A stretch of 64,000 nt of DNA, taken from Variovorax paradoxus. Its GTDB lineage: Bacteria > Bacteroidota > Bacteroidia > Flavobacteriales > Flavobacteriaceae. Of the stretch, positions 1 to 8,391 are shown piece after piece. The DNA is taken from contig CALRRY020000012.1 in the NCBI GenBank assembly GCA_943370635.1, positions 7,856 through 71,855 of the forward strand, written 5' to 3'. Below the pieces are notes generated by a model. It saw only the letters and a list, made by a program, of their open reading frames with translations. It did no database searches and was not told where the DNA came from. How positions within the stretch are numbered: position 1 is the stretch's first letter; each line of letters begins with the position of its first letter. A program made the position numbers and the translations under genes.

Positions 1-2719
1 TGTTCCTGATGTGGGTTGAAGTATTAACTTCTCCACCTTCATCCGGATTTTGATTTAGTTTATTGTATAGTCCTGATGCCGTTGGCTCTTCTTCTTCATC
101 AAACATTTTGGCATCTTCTCCCAATGAACTGTGAATTAAGAACATCTTTTGGGCCGCTATTTCTCGTGATTTTACAATATCAGCACCTATCTCTGATGGG
201 AAAAAGTTATAAATGTATAATTCATCAAATACCTTTGCTCCAATACGATTTATACGACCTACTCTTTGAATTACCCTTGTTGGGTTCCAAGGAATATCAT
301 AATTGATAATAACACCAGCTCGGTTTAAATTGAAGCCCTCAGAAAGCTTGTCGCTAGTTAATAATACATCAAAGTGATTGGTTTGTGTTCCTTTGTATTG
401 TGCGTTATAGTCTGTATTTAGATTTTTAGCCAATTCTTTTGAAACCTTACCATCACAAACGATTAATCGTATTCCAAATTTCTCACGGAAATAAGGCTCT
501 AGGTGTTTTATAGTATCAACATATTCTGAAAATAATATTACTTTTCTGTTTTTGTCAGCTGCTAGAATGGCTTTTATTTCATCTGCTATACGTTCTCTTT
601 TTGGATCATTATCTACAATTTTCAATGCTGTCAATTGGTTTTGTATTTCCTGAAACACCACTATATCACTTTCTATATCTGCCAAAAAATCTGACTTTCT
701 TTGAAAATCATTTACATCATAAACTGTATTATTTTTAGGTACTTTTTTATTTAATAAGTCTTTTGAATATTCGCTTAAAACCCTATCAATATCATCTTCA
801 TCATACATTTTTATTTTATCAATCAATCCTCTGTCTAATATGTATTTACCGTTTGATTTTTCAATGAAATCTCTGACTACAATATGAACTTGTAAAAATC
901 TATCGATGGATTGGCTGAAAGCTCCAAAAGAGCTTTCGAAACGTTTTACTAATAAACGTCTCATAAAATCAAATAAGTTTTGTTGTTGTTGGAATTGTCT
1001 GTTTCCTTGTTCGTCTAACTTTTCTTCATCAACTATTTTTTCATAACTGAATGGCTGGTAAATTGCCCCTTTGAACCTTCCGTTTTCTTCAAAATATTCG
1101 TTTAGAATTCTGTCGTAAAAAGTGTTTTGTTCGTGTGTTAAATGATAAAATAATTCTACTGGGTCTTTTACTTTTGATAAATCTCCCACTTCTGCTTTAT
1201 AAATGTAATCTTCTTTTAAATCTAATCGGTTTCTACGGATTACTACAGATGAAATAATATTTTTGATTTGATTGGCTAACACTTTGGTTTCGTGTCGAAC
1301 GATATTAATATCAACTGGTAATTCCTTGTTTAGCATTGTCACATAAAGTGCTTCCGCCTTTTGTCTCTTTTGTGGTTTATTTGAATTCCAATTTTTAATG
1401 ATGTCAGAAAGTCTTTTATATTTGTAATTAAAACCACGAAACAATCCTTCTAAATTGTCATCAATCGTTATTCCAGATTTACCAGGAACAATAAATAATT
1501 TCAATAAGGAAAATATATCCGCAGGAGAATTATTAAAAGGCGTAGCCGTTAATAAAATAACGGTTCTGTCTCTACAAATAGTTAATAATGCTTCATAATC
1601 GGCAGTATCTTGGTTTCTGAAATAATGTGCTTCGTCGACAATCACCACTTCAATTCCTTTGGTTTGAATAGTATCTGCCAAATCTTCTAATTTTCCACGA
1701 CTTTCTACTTCCCAATCGTATAACTTAAAATCATTAATATATCCCCACCAACCCGAACTGTATGTTTTGTCACCTATTAATCCCGGAGGACAAATAACCA
1801 TTCCTCTTTTACCTAAATTTTTAGCGATTAATGAAGCAATTACCGATTTACCTAAACCAACTACATCGGCAATAATAACACCGTTGTATTCTTCAATTAT
1901 TGATAATGCTTGATTTACAGCATCGGTTTGATAACTGTATTTTTTATATCCGATTTCCTCCAGTAGGTTTTCTACTTCGGGTTTTATTTGTTTTTGTTGC
2001 TGTAAGTCTAAATAGGTTTTTAGTATTAAAACATACGCTTCAAAAGGTGTAACTGATGCTGCTTGAGATTTGTGCTGAATGAATTGAATAAGAAACTCTT
2101 TTCTGTTTTCGATTTCTGAAATAGGAATAGCTCGTTCCCAAAGTTCATCAAAATAGGTTTCGGCATCTACAAAACCATAATCTTTTATCTCCACATTAAA
2201 CTCTTCTTGACCTGATAATCCCGCACGTGTTAAATTACTACTACCTGTAATAAATTGCCCTGTCATTGCTTGTATTTCTGCCTGTTCTTCGTTTAATCGG
2301 AATAGGTATAACTTAGCGTGGTTTGAATTTTCGGTTTTGCGAATTATTAATCGTTTTTCGTTTAGCATTTGCAGAAAGAACTCTACTTGGTTGTAGAATG
2401 CTTCTGTGTCCATTTCTTCGTTGTTAATGGCATTACCCATTGAAGTCATAAACTGATTGAATTGGTCGTCTTGTGATTGTTCTTCTTCTTGACTACCGTG
2501 TTCAACAATTTTATTTAGAATTTGATCTACTTGTAGTCCAACCAATAATTTTAGTGTTAGTTTATCATTCTTTTTAAGATTTTCAAAGAGTTCTTGCCAT
2601 CCTGAAAAATAAAAGAAACCTACTAGAAATTTAAGTTCATCACTAATTCCGATTAATGTATTTAACCTCCCTTTTAGTGATTTATGTGTTTTATTATTGG
2701 TTATGAAATTGTTTGCCAT
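1..2719 (-). CDS. PLD-family nuclease fused to SF2 (SNF2-like) helicase; 3' end runs off the window (over 906 aa)
   Basis: Not in the ORF track. I translated from the ATG at 2719 (MANNFITNNKTHKSLKGRL) and the motif-bearing segments, down to base 1, stay in one frame. Motifs: HAKLY and GSSNLT (PLD half-site), ADVVGLGKS (Walker A), DEAH, TATP, SEGFNL, QRVGRINR. Confidence 0.92.
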   Translation of the reverse strand, partial: MANNFITNNKTHKSLKGRLNTLIGISDELKFLVGFFYFSGWQELFENLKKNDKLTLKLLVGLQVDQILNKIVEHGSQEEEQSQDDQFNQFMTSMGNAINNEEMDTEAFYNQVEFFLQMLNEKRLIIRKTENSNHAKLYLFRLNEEQAEIQAMTGQFITGSSNLTRAGLSGQEEFNVEIKDYGFVDAETYFDELWERAIPISEIENRKEFLIQFIQHKSQAASVTPFEAYVLILKTYLDLQQQKQIKPEVENLLEEIGYKKYSYQTDAVNQALSIIEEYNGVIIADVVGLGKSVIASLIAKNLGKRGMVICPPGLIGDKTYSSGWWGYINDFKLYDWEVESRGKLEDLADTIQTKGIEVVIVDEAHYFRNQDTADYEALLTICRDRTVILLTATPFNNSPADIFSLLKLFIVPGKSGITIDDNLEGLFRGFNYKYKRLSDIIKNWNSNKPQKRQKAEALYVTMLNKELPVDINIVRHETKVLANQIKNIISSVVIRRNRLDLKEDYIYKAEVGDLSKVKDPVELFYHLTHEQNTFYDRILNEYFEENGRFKGAIYQPFSYEKIVDEEKLDEQGNRQFQQQQNLFDFMRRLLVKRFESSFGAFSQSIDRFLQVHIVVRDFIEKSNGKYILDRGLIDKIKMYDEDDIDRVLSEYSKDLLNKKVPKNNTVYDVNDFQRKSDFLADIESDIVVFQEIQNQLTALKIVDNDPKRERIADEIKAILAADKNRKVILFSEYVDTIKHLEPYFREKFGIRLIVCDGKVSKELAKNLNTDYNAQYKGTQTNHFDVLLTSDKLSEGFNLNRAGVIINYDIPWNPTRVIQRVGRINRIGAKVFDELYIYNFFPSEIGADIVKSREIAAQKMFLIHSSLGEDAKMFDEEEEPTASGLYNKLNQNPDEGGEVNTSTHIRN

Positions 2720-2750
2720 CTTATTAATGCACTTATAATCTATTATTTAT

Positions 2751-4172
2751 TTATTTTTTGACAATATAGCCACCCGTTTTTGGAGCACCTGCAAATTCAA
2801 CTAAGTTATTCTCTTTTAGAATTTTCATATATCTTTCGACCGTGGATATTCCCTTGTCAATTTTTGAAGCTATATCCGGAACTTTTAACATTGGTTGATT
2901 GTTCAAAGCATTTAATATACTTATCAATTCTAATTTTACTCCCTCGTTTACTCCCTCAATATTTAATTTTACTCCCTCGTTTACTCCCTCGTTTACTCCC
3001 TCATATTTTTTACTATGAAAGACACCCGGAAAGGCTAATTTTAAAACATTATCGTTCTCAGACCAAACAGGCGGTTTGAATTTGTTTTTCTTGCAATCTT
3101 TAATAATACGCAGTGTTCCGCTACCAAGCATTTCAATATATTTTCTGATGAAGCATATTTGAGCAATATCTGGATTTCTTAAAATAGAATGATGTTCTGT
3201 TTTTAACTCTTGTAATGTTATACCATTAAGAAGGCCTCCGAAATTGCTGATTTCAGTTTTGTTTTCATAAATAGAAATTTGTAAAAACCCATTAACCGAA
3301 TTGTAATCACGGTGTACTATTGCATTTAAAATACCCTCACGAAAAGCTAACTCAGGGAAGTTTTTTCTTTCTTCTCTTAAAATGCCTTCCACTTTTATTG
3401 ATTTGCCAAAAATGGCTTCTATGTATTGTAGAACCTCGTTGATATTCTTGAAGATGTTACCATCAAATATTTTATCATCAATGAATGAATTGGAAGATTT
3501 GTTTCCTGGATAAACTGTAATTCTAATTTTAGATTGCGGAATAAAACGAGTAGGGTGTTTGCCAAAAAGAACCATACAAGCATTGGTAATATTGCCGTTT
3601 TGAATTAATCCTAACTGAATAAGGAAGTCTTCAACATCCAGAAATTTAGCCTCTTTTTTATATTCTAAATAGGAAGAAATTGTTTTGTTTATTTCAACAA
3701 AATCTAAATCTTCTAATTCAGCACCAAGAACCGCCATTCGCTCCCAATTGAAATCGGCTTGTTTTCTGTCTGATATTAAAACATTTAAAGCATTTTCTTT
3801 TGATGACTTTGTTTGTTGTCCGGCTCTATTGTATATTGTGTTATTGTATGTGTAAGGTTTTCTTGCTCCTTCCCAAACACTTACTAATACTAATTCTCTG
3901 TTTTTATAGATTACTTTTTGAACCGCAATTGGTGCTAATGGTTTTATACTCTCCACAAGAAAATTTTGAAGATTATCTACCATTTCATCGGCATTGTGAA
4001 CACCTACTATTTTTTTATCATTATCAACACCTACAATTAAATCACCACCTTGTGTATTAATAAAAGCTGTAATTGTTTTAGCAATTGTATCGGTATTAAA
4101 AGAAGTTTTAAACTCCAATCTTTCACTTTCATTTTGTTGGAGTAAATTATCAATAATAAAACTATTCTCCAT
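2751..4172 (-). CDS. Schlafen/AlbA_2 domain + RecG-C-like ATPase (HATPase_c_4) + C-terminal winged HTH protein
   Basis: N-terminal ESERLEFK and AFINTQGGDLIVGVD (AlbA_2/Schlafen); FREGILNAIVHRDY and RNP..IEMLGSG (HATPase_c_4); C-terminal HTH-like ISTVERYMKILKE..GAPKTGGY. Confidence 0.85.
   Translation of the reverse strand: MENSFIIDNLLQQNESERLEFKTSFNTDTIAKTITAFINTQGGDLIVGVDNDKKIVGVHNADEMVDNLQNFLVESIKPLAPIAVQKVIYKNRELVLVSVWEGARKPYTYNNTIYNRAGQQTKSSKENALNVLISDRKQADFNWERMAVLGAELEDLDFVEINKTISSYLEYKKEAKFLDVEDFLIQLGLIQNGNITNACMVLFGKHPTRFIPQSKIRITVYPGNKSSNSFIDDKIFDGNIFKNINEVLQYIEAIFGKSIKVEGILREERKNFPELAFREGILNAIVHRDYNSVNGFLQISIYENKTEISNFGGLLNGITLQELKTEHHSILRNPDIAQICFIRKYIEMLGSGTLRIIKDCKKNKFKPPVWSENDNVLKLAFPGVFHSKKYEGVNEGVNEGVKLNIEGVNEGVKLELISILNALNNQPMLKVPDIASKIDKGISTVERYMKILKENNLVEFAGAPKTGGYIVKK
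2935..3003. repeat. Five copies of a 12-bp unit (TTTACTCCCTCR) encoding EGVN/EGVK tetrapeptides
   Basis: Units at 2935, 2947, 2968, 2980 and 2992; protein EGVNEGVNEGVKLNIEGVNEGVK. Confidence 0.95.
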
Positions 4173-4794
4173 CGTTTTCTTCTTTATAGGTTAATACTCT
4201 TTCAACAAATTGCAAGTCAGAAAACTGTGCATTGATATAGATTAGCATTTCATCTAAACGGTAAAATTCCTGTGCCCAATTACCATTTCGTAAAGTAACT
4301 GGAACGTGATTTTTTATTACATATTCATAAACCTCAATACTTCTTTTATCAAATAAACGCTTATCATCAATAACCAATCCATCAAAAAATGCTTTGTCTT
4401 CAAAAACACTCTTCTCATCAATTTTAAACTTCATTTTTTTAAATAGGTTCCGAGCAAAAACAACGTCTCTATGTACCAAAAACCAGTATGGTTTTTTGAG
4501 TTCGATGGCTTTTTTAATTTCCTCAAAAGTGATGTTCTTTTCTCCAATGTTACCTGTGCCATAATAGCCTCTAATAATACCTAAAAACAAATCGCATTCC
4601 TCTACAGCAGCTAAACAGTTGTCTAAATTTGACAACTTAGGATTTACTTTGATACTGCCGTGATGTGAATTGAGCACATCATAACCCAACATTGTAAGTT
4701 GGGCTACAATTTGAGACAATTGGTCTTCAAAACCATAAACGGTAGAGCCTACCATTATTTTTATCTTTTTTTGTTGCTGCTTTTTCTTTGCCAT
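4162..4794 (-). CDS. Stand-alone DUF4062 (TIR-like / nucleoside deoxyribosyltransferase-like fold) protein
   Basis: IMVGST..FED, CLAAVEECDLFLGIIRGYYG, ITFEEIKKAIELKKP match the DUF4062 pattern, including the conserved Glu. Confidence 0.8.
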   Translation of the reverse strand: MAKKKQQQKKIKIMVGSTVYGFEDQLSQIVAQLTMLGYDVLNSHHGSIKVNPKLSNLDNCLAAVEECDLFLGIIRGYYGTGNIGEKNITFEEIKKAIELKKPYWFLVHRDVVFARNLFKKMKFKIDEKSVFEDKAFFDGLVIDDKRLFDKRSIEVYEYVIKNHVPVTLRNGNWAQEFYRLDEMLIYINAQFSDLQFVERVLTYKEENDGE

Positions 4795-7700
4795 TATTTT
4801 ATGCTATAATTATCATACTCCTGCTCACTTAAACCAAAGTCTTTATCTACCACCAAAACTTCTTCATAAGTAAGCTCGTAGAGTTTGTAAACCATTAGGT
4901 CGATTTTGGCTTCTAAATCAGTAGTGTCAATGTTATCTTTTTTTAAATTTAAGATTTCATCGGCTATTTTTACAAACTGACTTTGAGTTATAGTGTCTGC
5001 AATCTTAATAGGTATCTTTCTTAAAAAGGTTAGTTTTACCTGTGCAAAAACCTTTCCGCTTTCAGTTATTAAAAGCTTATAGAGAAAATTTCCAAATTTT
5101 GAATTTAAAATTGATAAAATATATTTAAGATTGTAATCTTTATCATTATTAATAATTGAATGTACGGAATCTATACAATAAAACTCTTCTTCTTTGAAAG
5201 TAGCAATTAAATCAGCAGACGTTTGACGAAGAAAAATTTTAGGACTTTTAAAAAATTTATCATCTCTTTTACACCATAACCACTCACCATATTCAATAAA
5301 ACCATCATTCCAACTTTCTTCATACCTATTAAAGTCTTTACCTCTCATTACTGGTTTTGATGATTTTGATATTATTGAATTATTAAAATAATTTATCTTC
5401 TCACCTTGTACCTTCGCATAGACAGTAATCCCTTGTGTGCTAAAAGTTATTGACCCAAGTTCCTCAGTATTGGTTGAGTATTTTTTTAGAATTTTATAAT
5501 TATCAATTGTTTTGAAATCAAACGAATTTGAATCATAATCTTCTTTATCTAATTCATACTTACTTAATAAATTGAGATCATTATTTTTAATTTGATATTT
5601 TGTAAATTTGGTTTTTGTATGTTTTTTTTCGTTGTTTTTTATTAAGAAAGAAATCGAACTATCTACAATAGCTGTTTCAAAAACATTTTCAATCCTTTCT
5701 GTAACCTCAATAATATCAGTATGCTTTCTAATATAATTTCTTAGTCCCTGGAATTGTGTATAAACCGTAAAAGTATGAGGCGTTATGTAAGAAAGTATTC
5801 CTTTTTCACTTAAATAATCTATACCTATCTTAAAGAAGAAAATGTATAAATCATAATGTTTCGATAAAACATCTTTAAATAAATTTTGAAAAAAATCTTT
5901 GTCTTTTTTTGTTGAAACTTCAACGTAAGGTGGATTACCTATAACTATATCAAATTTTTCTACACCAAACATCCAATCAGGGTCAAACCATTTAGAACCT
6001 TCATTGCTAAAAGGGTTCCAATGATACAATTGACTTTCTCTAGCGGTTAAATTATTTGTGTTATTGGTTTTATTTATTTTGTTTTGAACGGCTTTAAACT
6101 TACTTTTTAAATCAACTTTTTCAACTGGTGTTGCTTGTAAATAAGCATTTCTTATTTTTTGTAATTCAATCAAAATCTCTTCATTTTCCCCAAAGTCAAA
6201 ACTCATTGATTTACCAACAGTATTTCCTTTGTCTAAACTAATTAAAGTATTTGCTGTCACAAACTTAAATTCTAAATTAGGCAAAGGTTCAATCCCTCTG
6301 TTTTCCGCTTTATCATCAATATTTTCATCTATAATTAAAGAAAGAAAACTTCTTAATTTAGAGATTTCAGCTGCAATGGGTTGAATGTCCACACCATAAA
6401 TAGAGTGTTGAATAACGCCCAATTTACGAGCATAATCATTATTTGAAAATTGAAGTTTTCGCTTAAAATCATTTAAGTAAATAGAATCTAAAACCTTTGA
6501 AGCTTTACTTATTTGCATTTCTCTCCACCATACAGCTTTATCATCTAGTTTTTTTAGAATTTTGATAATTTTATGCAATACTCCCATAGGAAAAGCTCCC
6601 GAACCACAAGCAGGATCTAAAATTTTCACTTCGCTTAAGGCTTCGAGTATTGCGATGGTTTCTTTTTCGTTGAACGGGTTTTCGGTATCGTCTTTTAGCA
6701 ATACTTCCAACTGTTCTTCGTCTTCAATATTGGTTTTGGTTTTGATGTACTGCAATAGTGATTGTTCTACCATATAATCAACAATCTCACGAGGTGTATA
6801 GAAACTCCCTGTAGATTTACGAGCACTTTTCTCGGTATCGGGGTCAATCTCTGCCAATAGATTTTCGAAAATAGTTCCTAACATTTCCGGGTCAATACTT
6901 ACCTCAAAATCGTTAATGCTATTTTCATCAATGGTAAAATTGTATTGTTCTAGTGTTTCAAAGAAATCTCTAAACCATTGGTTAGGTATGTTCAGTGCAA
7001 AATTTTGACTGTGAATTCCTTTGCTGTCTTTTGGGAAAAAGTCATCATCTTGAGCTTCAAAAAGTCCACCATTTAAAAACGGTACAAACTCGTGATTGTT
7101 CGGTAACACATAGGGTTTTCTGTCTTCGTGCTTTTTGTTTAAAACTAAAAAGAATAATTTTTCTAGAATGGAATGATAGTAATTGTGTTGGTCGTTATTG
7201 ACACTTGCCACCATATTTGACGAAAGCCATTCTTCGGGAATTAACGGAACTCCACTGTCTGACTTCTTATTTTTTAGAAACCAACAAAAAATAGTTCTAC
7301 CAATTAATCGTACTGCGAATTCTTGGTATACTTTTCTATTCTCGGTAGGTGTTGATGGAAGTTGCAAGCAGGAATTAAAAGAAACTTCTTTTTTGTTTAT
7401 ACTTACTTTACCTCCAATAAGACTATAAAAAGCGGTTGCAATCTCTTCATAGAATTTTTTGTTTAATTTTTCAACACTAAATGCTTCTTGAATGTCTTCT
7501 AACGAGCCAAAATTACATCCATTAATTCTGTTTTTGAATGTTTTGTTTGTTCTTGATGGGTCAACAAAATAAGTATAACGTTTCCAATTGGTAAACTTTT
7601 GGTCTTTGTTACCATAATTTTTACGGATGAATGAAAAACGGAAGCAATCATTACTATCATAGAAAATAAAAATAGCACCGTCTTTAAAATCTTCTTTCAG

Positions 7701-7961
7701 GACTTTTTTGGCAATTTCAAACTGTCGTTTCTTTGAAGAGCGTTCCGATAATACTCCTTGAAATTTACAGGCAAAAACAATTAATTCATCTGAGTTACTA
7801 AATTCTACTTCTCCAATTTTTTGTAGTTCAGAGAAATGAGCAAAATCCGCATCTTTTAGTATGTAGTCTAGGTTCTCGCTATTTGGAGAAAATGAGGAAA
7901 TTTTATTTTTAAAAAAATCAGCAATTGATTTTACAGAGAAATTTTGAATTAGTTTGTCCAT
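4794..7961 (-). CDS. Type IIG/Eco57I-like N6-adenine DNA methyltransferase with C-terminal target recognition domain
   Basis: GSFYTPREIV, ILDPACGSGAF (SAM binding), DIVIGNPPY (motif IV), TaqI_C-like TRD (PKIFLRQT, YILSILNSK). The first M in the ORF track is a TTG; the ATG at 7961 is taken as start. Confidence 0.9.
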   Translation of the reverse strand: MDKLIQNFSVKSIADFFKNKISSFSPNSENLDYILKDADFAHFSELQKIGEVEFSNSDELIVFACKFQGVLSERSSKKRQFEIAKKVLKEDFKDGAIFIFYDSNDCFRFSFIRKNYGNKDQKFTNWKRYTYFVDPSRTNKTFKNRINGCNFGSLEDIQEAFSVEKLNKKFYEEIATAFYSLIGGKVSINKKEVSFNSCLQLPSTPTENRKVYQEFAVRLIGRTIFCWFLKNKKSDSGVPLIPEEWLSSNMVASVNNDQHNYYHSILEKLFFLVLNKKHEDRKPYVLPNNHEFVPFLNGGLFEAQDDDFFPKDSKGIHSQNFALNIPNQWFRDFFETLEQYNFTIDENSINDFEVSIDPEMLGTIFENLLAEIDPDTEKSARKSTGSFYTPREIVDYMVEQSLLQYIKTKTNIEDEEQLEVLLKDDTENPFNEKETIAILEALSEVKILDPACGSGAFPMGVLHKIIKILKKLDDKAVWWREMQISKASKVLDSIYLNDFKRKLQFSNNDYARKLGVIQHSIYGVDIQPIAAEISKLRSFLSLIIDENIDDKAENRGIEPLPNLEFKFVTANTLISLDKGNTVGKSMSFDFGENEEILIELQKIRNAYLQATPVEKVDLKSKFKAVQNKINKTNNTNNLTARESQLYHWNPFSNEGSKWFDPDWMFGVEKFDIVIGNPPYVEVSTKKDKDFFQNLFKDVLSKHYDLYIFFFKIGIDYLSEKGILSYITPHTFTVYTQFQGLRNYIRKHTDIIEVTERIENVFETAIVDSSISFLIKNNEKKHTKTKFTKYQIKNNDLNLLSKYELDKEDYDSNSFDFKTIDNYKILKKYSTNTEELGSITFSTQGITVYAKVQGEKINYFNNSIISKSSKPVMRGKDFNRYEESWNDGFIEYGEWLWCKRDDKFFKSPKIFLRQTSADLIATFKEEEFYCIDSVHSIINNDKDYNLKYILSILNSKFGNFLYKLLITESGKVFAQVKLTFLRKIPIKIADTITQSQFVKIADEILNLKKDNIDTTDLEAKIDLMVYKLYELTYEEVLVVDKDFGLSEQEYDNYSIK

Positions 7962-8072
7962 CAAAGTATATTTTGTGAGCTAATGATTAACTTGAAAAAT
8001 GTAAAGTTGTAAATGTATGAAAAAGCAATGGAAAGAAAAATGAGGAAAACCGTAAACGGATGAAATAAACAG

Positions 8073-8296
8073 AAAAATAGGGCAAAAAAAAATAGGGCAA
8101 GGAGGGTAACCAAATTTGGAGTAAAAGATATTTTATATTTTTATAAAATAAAAAACAGATTTATATGGCTGTTTGAGTGCAAAGTGGAACGACAACTTTA
8201 TTAATTTGCGTTGTTGTGGTCTTATATTACCCGATTGTTTGAGAAGAAAAAAAACAAAAAATGTTTGTTGCGTTTTTTGGTTACCCTGCCTGCCCT
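8073..8296. repeat. 21-bp inverted repeat (19/21 match) plus 13-bp direct repeat around an AT-rich core; candidate element replication origin
   Basis: agggcaaggagggtaaccaaa (8094-8114) versus tttggttaccctgcctgccct (8276-8296); aaaaatagggcaa at 8073 and 8088. Confidence 0.6.
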
Positions 8297-8340
8297 GTGA
8301 AAATAATGTAAAATGAAGTAATGCAAAGAAGAAAACACAA

Positions 8341-8369
8341 AAAAAGTGGAAACGCTAGTTTTCCACTTT
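8341..8369 (-). terminator. Intrinsic terminator after the primase/VapE gene
   Basis: aaagtggaaa/tttccacttt stem with a U-tract on the minus strand, just past the stop at 8392. Confidence 0.7.
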
Positions 8370-8391
8370 AAAAATGATGATTTTTTGTTGT

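Noticed and set aside
76-306. Plus-strand ORF of 76 aa
   Set aside because: Antisense shadow of the PLD-helicase gene, which has clear motifs on the minus strand.
2780-4060. Plus-strand ORFs 2780-3079 and 3800-4060 (LLPRLLPRLLP repeat)
   Set aside because: Antisense to the Schlafen-ATPase gene; the peptide repeat only mirrors the 12-bp DNA repeat.
1-7961. Calling the defence operon DISARM, BREX or Thoeris
   Set aside because: drmA/drmB, pglZ/brxC and thsA-type genes are not in the window; the name cannot be supported without the left flank.
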